The position numbers and the translations under genes were made by a program. From a virus (Duplodnaviria > Heunggongvirae > Uroviricota > Caudoviricetes): a DNA stretch of 43,752 nucleotides. The notes beneath the pieces were generated by a model. That model did not search any database and had not been told where the DNA came from. It worked only from the letters and a program-made list of their open reading frames with translations. Numbering within the stretch: position 1 is the stretch's first letter; the number at the start of each line of letters is the position of its first letter. Positions 17,570-30,466 of this stretch are shown one piece after another. The stretch is taken from positions 1-43,752 of IMG/VR virus record IMGVR_UViG_2695420521_000005; one strand, given 5' to 3'.

Positions 17570-17945
17570 GCTGGTTATCGCTGCTTTTCTCGTTACTGTC
17601 ATCGGTTCTTTCATCTGGTCTGCCAACCACTACTACAGCAAATATCAGCACGAAAAGAAACGTGCTGATGAGGCTGTACAAAATGCCAAATCGGCAACTG
17701 TCATTACCAATAACGTCCTGCAATCACTGCAAATCGTCAATACAGTTCTGGAGGCTAGCCAGCATGCAAAACAGCAGATTGCACTGGAGTCACAGAGAAC
17801 CCAGACAGATATCAAAACGGCTGTTGCGAATGATGATTGCGCTGCCCGTCCTGTTCCTGCTCGTGCAGCTGAACGGCTGCGCCGGTACGCGGACAGTTTA
17901 CGTACCAGTTCCAGCGGTACCGCTACCGGCGAATCTGACCACTGA
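17553..17945 (+). CDS. Rz: i-spanin Rz
   Basis: 130 aa with an N-terminal TM helix (LVIAAFLVTVIGSFIWSANHYY) and a coiled-coil-like periplasmic region; overlaps the end of R. Confidence 0.7.
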   Translation: MKLSYKLVIAAFLVTVIGSFIWSANHYYSKYQHEKKRADEAVQNAKSATVITNNVLQSLQIVNTVLEASQHAKQQIALESQRTQTDIKTAVANDDCAARPVPARAAERLRRYADSLRTSSSGTATGESDH

Positions 17946-18087
17946 GACCCCACAACCAGTTATTCCTGATCCGCTGACCTATGGGGGCAGTCTGGATTTG
18001 AATGTCAGTCTGCTTTCCGCGCTGGCGACCTGTAACCGAGATAAAGCTGATATTCGAAAAATTGAAGCAGAGAGGATCAAGCTATGA
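17830..18087 (+). CDS. Rz1: o-spanin Rz1 (lipoprotein), overlapped architecture
   Basis: +1-frame ORF starting inside Rz: MMIALPVLFLLVQLNGCAG, a signal peptide with a lipobox-like LNGC, then a Pro-rich stretch VPVPAVPLPANLTTETPQPVIPDP. It extends 142 nt past the Rz stop rather than being fully embedded. Confidence 0.6.
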   Translation: MMIALPVLFLLVQLNGCAGTRTVYVPVPAVPLPANLTTETPQPVIPDPLTYGGSLDLNVSLLSALATCNRDKADIRKIEAERIKL

Positions 18088-18405
18088 AGCAGTAAAGCGG
18101 ACGGACCGTGGCAAGTGGCGCCAATGCAGCAGTCATGATGCTGCCCCGAATACCCAAAGTTGCGGGTAGCCAGTCTCAGGTAAAAAGCTGAGGGCGTACT
18201 GGTGAGGGGTAACGGGAAGAAGCGCACCGGTACTCCAGGCTGGTCGCCAGTCAGCTTCCGGTTAGTGGTGAGGGATTCACGAGATACCCCTGACACATGG
18301 CCTCAAGGGAATGAGCGCAGCTACTGCGAGAGTGTGGTTGGCATTCACTTAGTGCTTGCGATAATGCTTTTAGTTACAATCACTTCATCGATAAATGAGG
18401 TGAAG

Positions 18406-18945
18406 ATGAACGCAGATTATATAGCTTACGAATCATTGGTTGCCACTAGAAATACAGCAGAATGGGCTTTTTGGTCAATGGTAGGAACGTGGTTTTCAGG
18501 CATTGCAACCTTTATGGCAGTATGCCTGACTTTATATATTTCTAACCGTCGACCTCGACCGAAGTTAAGAGGAACAGTATCGCTTGGGGGCATCACAGGC
18601 CAAAATGTGAGCACGTTTGGAGTTACGATCAACATTGCAAATGTTGGCATTCAAACCGCAACTATAACTTCAGTAACATGGACGTTCGGTACAAAAAACT
18701 CACTACTTCAGATTCTGGGGGGTGGGTTTGGTGACGATTTACCAAAAAAAATTGAGCATGGCGAATATGCATTTTTCTTTATTCAAAATGATACTAATGG
18801 CGACTGGGCCAGAGATATGAAAAATAAGATATGGGAACAGGGCGGCAACGTTCGCAAATTAATGTTGCTTGTGCACCTTGCTACCGGCGATACGATGAAA
18901 ATTAAGCCAGCCAAAAATGTAATAAAAATGATCGAAAAATCATAA
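18406..18945 (+). CDS. hypothetical membrane-anchored protein (post-lysis moron)
   Basis: About 179 aa from the ATG at 18406 (SD GAGGTG); one N-terminal TM helix (WAFWSMVGTWFSGIATFMAVCLTLYI) and a Gly/Thr-rich C-terminal domain; visibly AT-rich. Confidence 0.55.
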   Translation: MNADYIAYESLVATRNTAEWAFWSMVGTWFSGIATFMAVCLTLYISNRRPRPKLRGTVSLGGITGQNVSTFGVTINIANVGIQTATITSVTWTFGTKNSLLQILGGGFGDDLPKKIEHGEYAFFFIQNDTNGDWARDMKNKIWEQGGNVRKLMLLVHLATGDTMKIKPAKNVIKMIEKS

Positions 18946-19052
18946 CATCCACAGGTGTATCACCATAGACAGCCTCCATTCTAATCTCACCATCACAGGA
19001 TCTCGTAGAGTGTCTGTGATGGTGCTATATCCTGTAAAGTAAAGGGAGACCA

Positions 19053-19340
19053 ATGATGACATCTTTAACCGTTGCGGTATTAGCTTTAATAGTTGCAATC
19101 TGGCATGAGATAAACCGATTTCCAGCAACCGGGAAGAGCTTACTGTCTTTACAGCAAGAAGTTAGGGAGCTGAGGGATGAAAATGAAAGATTAGCCTCTG
19201 AAGTAGATTCTTTAAAGGATGAGTTACTTGAAATTTCAAATCAGATAGATCGAATTAAAGACCCTGAATATTATGCATTGCTTGATGCAGGAGATGGAGT
19301 GGGTCTTTATGAAATAGAAAAGTCAAGAGGTCAAATTTAA
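19053..19340 (+). CDS. small membrane protein with coiled-coil (post-lysis moron)
   Basis: 95 aa; N-terminal TM helix (LTVAVLALIVAIW) then a heptad-like segment (LQQEVRELRDENERLASEVDSLKDELLEISNQIDRI); followed by a terminator hairpin. Confidence 0.5.
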   Translation: MMTSLTVAVLALIVAIWHEINRFPATGKSLLSLQQEVRELRDENERLASEVDSLKDELLEISNQIDRIKDPEYYALLDAGDGVGLYEIEKSRGQI

Positions 19341-19344
19341 TAAC

Positions 19345-19370
19345 CGCCTTTTTGGCGGTTTATTATTCCG
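19345..19370. terminator. hairpin terminator between convergent genes
   Basis: AACCGCC-ttttt-GGCGGTT followed by TATTATT, directly after the 19053-19340 stop and facing the convergent 19405-19731 gene. Confidence 0.5.
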
Positions 19371-19404
19371 TCATCATGGGCAGGCCCATCGTAACTGCAG
19401 TATC

Positions 19405-19731
19405 TTATATACACCAATGACATCTCTGGATGGTTGGCAGTCCTGTTAGTTGGCCTGCGGTGGACTCGGCCTCGTCAAGCGTAAGAACACATACTTTTTG
19501 GTATCGGCCAGTAGTAAAGCCGGCGTGATTTTTTGGGCTGATTAACGGGTTGATTGATTTGCATGAGGCTCGATGAATCCGCGTAAATCTGGCATCATTT
19601 TTTCTGCCTTTCCCGCTGGCCGACTTAAGCAGATTAATAACGAATCCATCGGAATGGGTTGCTAGCCAACTCTTGTACATCGCTTCGCTATCAACATCCT
19701 GTATTTCACTGCTGAAAATAGTAATGCCCAT
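19405..19731 (-). CDS. hypothetical protein (convergent moron near cos, in the bor region)
   Basis: 108-aa ORF with a C-terminal CHWC; no family recognised; not Bor-like. Confidence 0.4.
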   Translation of the reverse strand: MGITIFSSEIQDVDSEAMYKSWLATHSDGFVINLLKSASGKGRKNDARFTRIHRASCKSINPLISPKNHAGFTTGRYQKVCVLTLDEAESTAGQLTGLPTIQRCHWCI

Positions 19732-19879
19732 ATTTTTTCCGTATATGACTAACTGATATGAATATGTATCAGGACTATTTTATGGCAAAACCAGAGTAGA
19801 AGGCCATTGGGGTCCGGAGTGTTGATGTGAACAAATTAACCCCCCCCTTTAAGTGTAATTGATATGTATTATCATTTTC

Positions 19880-20098
19880 GGGTCCTTTCCGGCGATCCAG
19901 AACGTTACGGGGCGGAAGGCGCGCGGGTTTTCGCTATTTATGAAAATTTTCCGGTTTAAGGCGTTTCCGTTCTTCTTCGCCGTAACCTAATGTTTTTATT
20001 TAAAACCCCCCCTGAAAAGAAAGGAAACGACAGGTGCTGAAAACGGGCTTTTTAGCCTCTGTCGTTTCCTTTCTCTGTTTTTGTCCGTGGAATGAACA
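19880..20098 (+). other. cos: cos region (cosN plus cosB terminase-binding region) with a variant cosN core
   Basis: AACGTTACG-GGGCGGAAGGCG-CGCGGGTTTTCGCTATTTATGAAAATTTTCCGGTTTAAGGCGTTTCCG... aligns to the lambda cos / left-end leader from memory; the 12-nt core at 19910-19921 reads GGGCGGAAGGCG where I recall lambda GGGCGGCGACCT. Confidence 0.8.
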
Positions 20099-20618
20099 AT
20101 GGAAGTCAACAAAAAGCAGCTGGCTGACATTTTCGGTGCGAGTATCCGTACCATTCAGAACTGGCAGGAGCAGGGAATGCCCGTTCTGCGAGGTGGTGGG
20201 AAGGGTAATGAGGTGCTTTATGACTCTGCCGCCGCCATAAAATGGTATGCCGAAAGGGATGCTGAAATTGAGAACGAAAAGCTGCGCCGGGAAGTTGAAG
20301 AACTGCGGCAGGCCAGCGAGACAGATCTCCAGCCAGGGACTATTGAGTACGAACGCCATCGACTTACGCGTGCGCAGGCCGACGCACAGGAGCTGAAAAA
20401 TGCCAGAGACTCCGCTGAAGTGGTGGAAACCGCATTCTGTACTTTCGTGCTGTCGCGGATCGCAGGTGAAATTGCCAGTATTCTCGACGGGATCCCCCTG
20501 TCGGTGCAGCGGCGTTTTCCGGAACTGGAAAACCGACATGTTGATTTCCTGAAACGGGATATCATCAAAGCCATGAACAAAGCAGCCGCGCTGGATGAAC
20601 TGATACCGGGGTTGCTGA

Positions 20619-20644
<26 letters not shown>
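20099..20644 (+). CDS. nu1: terminase small subunit
   Basis: 181 aa, MEVNKKQLADIFGASIRTIQNWQEQGMPVLRGGGKGNEVLYDSAAAIKWYAERDAEIENEKLRR..., near-identical to lambda Nu1 from memory. Confidence 0.95.
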
Positions 20645-24325
<3,681 letters not shown>

Positions 24326-24345
<20 letters not shown>

Positions 24346-25657
24346 TCTCCCGCATATTGCCAGCATGGCTTTTAATGAGCCGCTGATGCTTGAACCCGCC
24401 TATGCGCGGGTTTTCTTTTGTGCGCTTGCAGGCCAGCTTGGGATCAGCCGCCTGACGGATGCAGTATCCGGCGACAGCCTGACTGCCCCGGAGGCACCCG
24501 CGACGCTGGCGTTATCCGGTGATGATGACGGACCACGACAGGCCCGCAGTTATCAGGTCATGAACGGGATCGCCGTGCTGCCGGTTTCCGGCACGCTGGT
24601 CAGCCGGACGCGGGCGCTGCAGCCGTATTCGGGGATGACCGGTTACAACGGCATTATCGCCCGTCTGCAACAGGCTGCCAGCGATCCGATGGTGGACGGC
24701 ATTCTGCTCGATATGGACACGCCAGGCGGAATGGTGGCGGGAGCATTTGACTGCGCTGACATCATCGCCCGTGTGCGTGACATAAAACCGGTATGGGCGC
24801 TGGCCAACGACATGAACTGCAGTGCAGGTCAGCTGCTTGCCAGCGCCGCTTCCCGGCGTCTGGTCACGCAGACCGCCCGGACAGGCTCCATCGGCGTCAT
24901 GATGGCTCACAGTAATTACGGTGCTGCGCTGGAGAAACAGGGTGTGGAAATCACGCTGATTTACAGCGGCAGCCATAAGGTGGATGGCAACCCCTACAGC
25001 CATCTTCCGGATGACGTCCGGGAGACACTGCAGTCCCGGATGGATGCAACCCGTCAGATGTTTGCGCAGAAGGTGTCGGCATATACCGGTCTGTCCGTGC
25101 AGGCCGTGCTGGATACCGAGGCTGCAGTGTACAGCGGTCAGGAGGCCATTGATGCCGGACTGGCTGATGAACTTGTTAACAGCACCGATGCGATCACCGT
25201 TATGCGTGATGCACTGGATGCACGTAAATCCCGACTCTCAGGAGGGCGAATGACCAAAGAGACTCAATCAACAACTGTTTCAGCCACTGCTTCGCAGGCT
25301 GACGTTACTGACGTGGTGCCAGCGACGGAGGGCGAAAACGCCAGCGCGGCGCAACCGGACGTGAACGCGCAGATCACCGCAGCGGTTGCGGCAGAAAACA
25401 GCCGCATTATGGGGATCCTCAACTGTGAGGTGGCTCACGGACGCGAAGAACAGGCACGCGTGCTGGCAGAAACCCCCGGTATGACCGTGGAAACGGCCCG
25501 CCGCATTCTGGCCGCAGCACCACAGAGTGCACAGGCGCGCAGTGATACTGCGCTGGATCGTCTGATGCAGGGTGCACCGGCACCGCTGGCTGCAGGTAAC
25601 CTGGCATCTGATACCAATAAAGAATTAATTAATACACCTGAAGCTTTACCGGTATAA
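24326..25657 (+). CDS. C: head maturation protease/scaffold C (with embedded in-frame Nu3-type scaffold in its 3' part)
   Basis: Probable GTG start at 24326 (VTAELRNLPHIASMAFNEPLMLEPAYARVFF...); lambda gpC-like including the ClpP/S49-like region. Confidence 0.9.
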
Positions 25658-25666
25658 GAGGCAGTT

Positions 25667-25999
25667 ATGGCGACAAAAGAAGAGTTTAACCATTACCAGC
25701 CGCTGGGTAACAGTGATCCGGCTCATACAGCAATTGCGCCTGGCGGATTGAGTGCGAAAACGCCTGCAATGACCCCGCTGATGCTGGATGGCACTACCCG
25801 TAAGCTGGTTGTGTGGGATGGCACAACCGACGGTGCAGCCGTTGGCATTCTGGCGGTTGCTGCTGACCAGACCAGCGCCACACTGACGTTCTACAAGTCC
25901 GGCTCGTTCCGTTATGAGGATGTGCTCTGGCCGGAGGCTGCCAGCGACGAGACGAAAAAACGGACCGCGTTTGCCGGAACGGCAATCAGCATCGTTTAA
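25667..25999 (+). CDS. D: head decoration protein D
   Basis: 110 aa, [41 protein letters not shown]...; lambda gpD-like with the same length. Confidence 0.95.
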   Translation: MATKEEFNHYQPLGNSDPAHTAIAPGGLSAKTPAMTPLMLDGTTRKLVVWDGTTDGAAVGILAVAADQTSATLTFYKSGSFRYEDVLWPEAASDETKKRTAFAGTAISIV

Positions 26000-26054
26000 T
26001 CTTCCCCTTCATCAACAAAGGCCGCCTGTGCGGCTTTTTTTATGGAAATAATTT

Positions 26055-27080
26055 ATGTCTGTATATACAACTGCAGAATTACTGGCATCGACCCAGCATC
26101 ACTTTAAGTTCGATCCGCTGTTTCTGCGCCTGTTTTTCCGTGAAACCTATCCTTTCACCACGGAAAAAGTCTATCTCTCGCAAATTCCGGGACTGGTAAA
26201 CATGGCGCTGTACGTTTCGCCGATTGTTTCCGGTGAGGTTATCCGCTCCCGTGGCGGCTCCACATCTGAATTTACGCCGGGTTATGTCAAGCCGAAGCAT
26301 GAGGTGAATCCGCAGATGACCCTGCGTCGCCTGCCGGATGAAGATCCGCAGAACCTGGCTGACCCGGCTTACCGTCGTCGCCGTATTATTCGGCAGAATA
26401 TGCTGGATGAAAATCTGGCGATTGCCCAGGTCGAAGAGATGCAGGCAGTTTCTGCCGTGCTTAAGGGCAAATACACCATGACCGGTGAAGCCTTTGATCC
26501 GGTTGAGGTGGATATGGGCCGCAGTGCGGCGAACAACATCACACAGTCCGGTGGCACGGAGTGGAGCAAGCGTGACAAGTCCACGTATGACCCGACCGAC
26601 GATATCGAAGCCTACGCGCTGAACGCCAGCGGTGTGGTGAATATCATCGTGTTTGATCCGAAAGGCTGGGCGCTGTTCCGTTCCTTCAAAGCCGTCAAGG
26701 AGAAGCTGGATACCCGTCGTGGCTCTCATTCCGAGCTGGAGACAGCGGTGAAAGACCTGGGTAAAGCGGTGTCCTATAAGGGGATGTATGGCGATGTGGC
26801 CATCGTCGTGTATTCCGGACAGTACGTGGAAAACGGCGTCAAAAAGAACTTCCTGCCGGACAACACGATGGTGCTGGGGAACACTCAGGCACGCGGTCTG
26901 CGCACCTATGGCTGCATTCAGGATGCGGACGCACAGCGCGAAGGCATTAACGCCTCTGCCCGTTACCCGAAAAACTGGGTGACCACCGGCGATCCGGCGC
27001 GTGAGTTCACCATGATTCAGTCAGCACCGCTGATGCTGCTGGCTGACCCTGATGAGTTCGTGTCCGTACAACTGGCGTAA
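26055..27080 (+). CDS. E: major capsid protein E
   Basis: 341 aa, MSVYTTAELLASTQHHFKFDPLFLRLFFRETYPFTTEKVYLSQIPGLVNMALYVSPIVSGEVIRSRGGSTSEF..., lambda gpE-like. Confidence 0.95.
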   Translation: MSVYTTAELLASTQHHFKFDPLFLRLFFRETYPFTTEKVYLSQIPGLVNMALYVSPIVSGEVIRSRGGSTSEFTPGYVKPKHEVNPQMTLRRLPDEDPQNLADPAYRRRRIIRQNMLDENLAIAQVEEMQAVSAVLKGKYTMTGEAFDPVEVDMGRSAANNITQSGGTEWSKRDKSTYDPTDDIEAYALNASGVVNIIVFDPKGWALFRSFKAVKEKLDTRRGSHSELETAVKDLGKAVSYKGMYGDVAIVVYSGQYVENGVKKNFLPDNTMVLGNTQARGLRTYGCIQDADAQREGINASARYPKNWVTTGDPAREFTMIQSAPLMLLADPDEFVSVQLA

Positions 27081-27121
27081 TCGTGGCCCTTCGGGGCCAT
27101 TTTCTCTCTGTGGAGGAGTCC

Positions 27122-27517
27122 ATGACGAAAGATGAACTGATTGTCCGTCTCCGGTCGCTGGGTGAGCAACTGAACCGTGATGTCAGCCTGACGGGGACGA
27201 AAGAAGAACTGGCGCTCCGTGTGGCAGAGCTGGAAGAAGAGCTTGATGACACGGATGACGCTGCCGGTCAGGATACCCCTCTCAGACCGGAAAATGCGCT
27301 GACCGGACATGAAAATGAGGTGGTATCAGCGCAGCCGGATACCATGATTGATACGGCTGCTCTGGTCACGGTCGTGGCACTGGTGACGCTGCATACTGAT
27401 GCACTTCACGCCACGCGGGATGAACCTGTGGCATTTGTGCTGCCGGGAACGGCGTTTCGTGTCTCTGCCGGTATGGCAGCCGAAATGACAGAACGTGGCC
27501 TGGCCAGAATGCAATAA
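27122..27517 (+). CDS. FI: DNA packaging protein FI
   Basis: MTKDELIVRLRSLGEQLNRDVSLTGTKEELALRVAELEEELDD..., lambda FI-like; ATG at 27122 preceded by a GGAGG SD (the ORF track starts 39 nt earlier). Confidence 0.9.
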   Translation: MTKDELIVRLRSLGEQLNRDVSLTGTKEELALRVAELEEELDDTDDAAGQDTPLRPENALTGHENEVVSAQPDTMIDTAALVTVVALVTLHTDALHATRDEPVAFVLPGTAFRVSAGMAAEMTERGLARMQ

Positions 27518-27528
27518 CGGGAGGCGCT

Positions 27529-27882
27529 GTGGCTGATTTCGATAACCTGTTCGATGCTGCCATTGCCCGCGCCGATGAAACGATACGCGGGTACATGGGA
27601 ACGTCAGCCACCATGACATCCGGTGAGCAGTCCGGCGCAGTAATACGTGGTGTTTTTGATGACCCTGAAAATATCAGCTATGCCGGACAGGGCGTGCGCG
27701 TTGAAGGCTCCAGCCCGTCCCTGTTTGTCCGGACTGATGATGTGCGGCAGCTGCGGCGCGGCGACACGCTGACCATCGGTGAGGAAAACTTCTGGATAGA
27801 CCGGATTTCGACGGATGATGGCGGAAGCTGTCATCTCTGGCTTGGGCGTGGCGTGCCGCCTGCCGTTAACCGTCGTCGCTGA
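27529..27882 (+). CDS. FII: head-tail connector FII
   Basis: 117 aa, lambda FII-like (MADFDNLFDAAIARADETIRGYMGTSATMTSGEQSGAVIRGVFDDPENISYAGQGVRVEGSSPSLFVRTDDVRQL...). Confidence 0.9.
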   Translation: MADFDNLFDAAIARADETIRGYMGTSATMTSGEQSGAVIRGVFDDPENISYAGQGVRVEGSSPSLFVRTDDVRQLRRGDTLTIGEENFWIDRISTDDGGSCHLWLGRGVPPAVNRRR

Positions 27883-27893
27883 AGGGGGGATGT

Positions 27894-28472
27894 ATGGCCA
27901 TAAAAGGTCTTGAGCAGGCCGTTGAAAACCTCAGTCGTATCAGCAAAACGGTGGTGCCCGGTGCGTCAGCAATGGCCATTAACCGCGTTGCTTCATCCGC
28001 GATATCGCAGTCTGCGTCACAGGTTGCCCGTGAGACAAGGGTACGCCGGAAACTGGTAAAGGAAAGGGCCAGGCTGAAAAGGGCCACGGTCAAAAATCCG
28101 CAGGCCAGAATCAGGGTTAACCGGGGGGATTTGCCCGTAATCAAGCTGGGTAACGCGCGGGTTGTCCTGTCCCGACGCAGGCGTCGTAAAAAGGGGCAGC
28201 GTTCATCCCTGAAAGGTGGCTGCAGCGTGCTTGTGGTGGGAAACCGTCGTATTCCCGGCGCGTTTATTCAGCAACTGAAAAATGGCCGGTGGCATGTCAT
28301 GCAGCGTGTGGCCGGGAAAAACCGTTACCCCATTGATGTGGTGAAAATCCCGATGGCGGTGCCGCTGACCACGGCGTTTAAACAGAATATTGAGCGGATA
28401 CGGCGTGAACGTCTTCCGAAAGAGCTGGGCTATGCGCTGCAGCATCAACTGAGAATGGTAATAAAGCGATGA
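27894..28472 (+). CDS. Z: tail completion protein Z
   Basis: 192 aa, lambda gpZ-like; position after FII. Confidence 0.9.
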   Translation: MAIKGLEQAVENLSRISKTVVPGASAMAINRVASSAISQSASQVARETRVRRKLVKERARLKRATVKNPQARIRVNRGDLPVIKLGNARVVLSRRRRRKKGQRSSLKGGCSVLVVGNRRIPGAFIQQLKNGRWHVMQRVAGKNRYPIDVVKIPMAVPLTTAFKQNIERIRRERLPKELGYALQHQLRMVIKR

Positions 28473-28864
28473 AACATACTGAACTCCGTGCAGCCGTACT
28501 GGATGCACTGGAGAAGCATGACACCGGGGCGACGTTTTTTGATGGTCGCCCCGCTGTTTTTGATGAGGCGGATTTTCCGGCAGTTGCCGTTTATCTCACC
28601 GGTGCTGAATACACGGGCGAAGAGATGGACAGCGATACCTGGCAGGCGGAGCTGCATATCGAAGTTTTCCTGCCTGCTCAGGTGCCGGATTCAGAGCTGG
28701 ATTCGTGGATGGAGTCCCGGATTTATCCGGTGATGAGCGATATTCCGGCACTGTCAGATTTGATCACCAGTATGGTGGCCAGTGGCTATGACTACCGGCG
28801 CGACGATGATGCGGGCCTGTGGAGTTCAGCCGATCTGACTTATGTCATTACCTATGAAATGTGA
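28469..28864 (+). CDS. U: tail terminator protein U
   Basis: 131 aa, lambda gpU-like; 4-nt overlap with Z. Confidence 0.9.
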   Translation: MKHTELRAAVLDALEKHDTGATFFDGRPAVFDEADFPAVAVYLTGAEYTGEEMDSDTWQAELHIEVFLPAQVPDSELDSWMESRIYPVMSDIPALSDLITSMVASGYDYRRDDDAGLWSSADLTYVITYEM

Positions 28865-28871
28865 GGACGAT

Positions 28872-29612
28872 ATGCCAACACCAAATCCTCTGGTACCGGT
28901 GAAAGGGGCCGGGACCACACTGTGGGTTTATAACGGGAGCGGCGACCCTTACGCAAACCCGCTTTCAGACAATGACTGGTCGCGTCTGGCAAAGGTTAAA
29001 GACCTGACGCCCGGCGAACTGACCGCTGAGTCCTATGACGACAGTTATCTCGATGATGAAGATGCGGACTGGGCCGCGACCGGACAGGGGCAGAAATCCG
29101 CTGGAGATACCAGTTTCACGCTGGCGTGGATGCCCGGAGAGCAGGGGCAGCAGGCGCTGCTGGCGTGGTTTAATGAAGGCGATACCCGTGCCTATAAAAT
29201 CCGCTTCCCGAACGGCACGGTCGATGTGTTCCGTGGCTGGGTCAGCAGTATCGGTAAGGCGGTGACGGCGAAGGAAGTGATCACCCGCACGGTGAAAGTC
29301 ACCAATGTGGGACGTCCGTCGATGGCAGAAGATCGCAGCACGGTAACAGCGGCAACCGGTATGACCGTGACGCCTGCCAGCTCCTCGGTGGTGAAAGGGC
29401 AGAGCACCACGCTGACCGTGGCATTCCAGCCGGAGGGCGCAACTGACAAGAGCTTCCGTGCGGTGTCAGCGGATAAAACAAAAGCCACCGTGTCGGTCAG
29501 TGGTATGACCATCACCGTGAAAGGCGTTGCTGCAGGTAAGGTCAACATTCCGGTCGTATCCGGTAATGGTGAACTTGCTGCGGTTGCAGAAATCAACGTC
29601 ACCGCCAGTTAA
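28872..29612 (+). CDS. V: major tail tube protein V (with C-terminal Ig-like domain)
   Basis: [67 protein letters not shown]..., lambda gpV-like; ATG at 28872 with a GAGGA SD. Confidence 0.95.
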   Translation: MPTPNPLVPVKGAGTTLWVYNGSGDPYANPLSDNDWSRLAKVKDLTPGELTAESYDDSYLDDEDADWAATGQGQKSAGDTSFTLAWMPGEQGQQALLAWFNEGDTRAYKIRFPNGTVDVFRGWVSSIGKAVTAKEVITRTVKVTNVGRPSMAEDRSTVTAATGMTVTPASSSVVKGQSTTLTVAFQPEGATDKSFRAVSADKTKATVSVSGMTITVKGVAAGKVNIPVVSGNGELAAVAEINVTAS

Positions 29613-29627
29613 TCCGGAGAGTCAGCG

Positions 29628-30050
29628 ATGTTCCTGAAAACCGAATCATTTGAACATAACGGTGTGACCGTCACGCTTTCTGAACTGTCAGCCCTGCAGC
29701 GCATTGAGCATCTCGCCCTGATGAAACGGCAGGCAGAACAGGCGGAGTCAGACAGCAACCGGAAGTTTACTGTGGAAGACGCCATCAGAACCGGCGCGTT
29801 TCTGGTGGCGATGTCCCTGTGGCATAACCATCCGCAGAAGACGCAGATGCCGTCCATGAATGAAGCCGTTAAACAGATTGAGCAGGAAGTGCTTACCACC
29901 TGGCCCACGGAGGCAATTTCTCATGCTGAAAACGTGGTGTACCGGCTGTCTGGTATGTATGAGTTTGTTGTGAATAATGCCCCTGAACAGACAGAGGACG
30001 CCGGGCCTGCAGAGCCTGTTTCTGCGGGAAAGTGTTCGACGGTGAGCTGA
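29628..30050 (+). CDS. G: tail assembly chaperone G
   Basis: 140 aa, lambda gpG-like; ends just after the slippery heptamer. Confidence 0.9.
   Translation: MFLKTESFEHNGVTVTLSELSALQRIEHLALMKRQAEQAESDSNRKFTVEDAIRTGAFLVAMSLWHNHPQKTQMPSMNEAVKQIEQEVLTTWPTEAISHAENVVYRLSGMYEFVVNNAPEQTEDAGPAEPVSAGKCSTVS
30026..30032 (+). other. programmed -1 ribosomal frameshift slippery site (G-T fusion)
   Basis: GGGAAAG heptamer near the 3' end of G, the same slippery sequence as the lambda G/GT frameshift; the -1 frame continues into T. Confidence 0.75.
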
Positions 30051-30466
30051 GTTTTGCCCTGAAACTGGCGCGTGAGATGGGGCGACCCGACTGGCGTGCC
30101 ATGCTTGCCGGGATGTCATCCACGGAGTATGCCGACTGGCACCGCTTTTACAGTACCCATTATTTTCATGATGTTCTGCTGGATATGCACTTTTCCGGGC
30201 TGACGTACACCGTGCTCAGCCTGTTTTTCAGCGATCCGGAGATGCATCCGCTGGATTTCAGTCTGCTGAGCCGGCGTGAGGCTGACGAAGAGCCTGAAGA
30301 TGATGTGCTGATGCAGAAAGCGGCAGGGCTTGCCGGAGGTGTCCGCTTTGGCCCGGACGGGAATGAAGTTATCCCCGCTTCCCCGGATGTGGCGGACATG
30401 ACGGAGGATGACGTAATGCTGATGACAGTATCAGAAGGGATCGCAGGAGGAGTCCGGTATGGCTGA
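30032..30466 (+). CDS. T: tail assembly chaperone T segment (expressed as a G-T fusion via -1 frameshift)
   Basis: ORF in the -1 frame relative to G, continuing to just before H; lambda gpT-like sequence (…SPDVADMTEDDVMLMTVSEGIAGGVRYG). Confidence 0.85.
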   Translation: MFDGELSFALKLAREMGRPDWRAMLAGMSSTEYADWHRFYSTHYFHDVLLDMHFSGLTYTVLSLFFSDPEMHPLDFSLLSRREADEEPEDDVLMQKAAGLAGGVRFGPDGNEVIPASPDVADMTEDDVMLMTVSEGIAGGVRYG

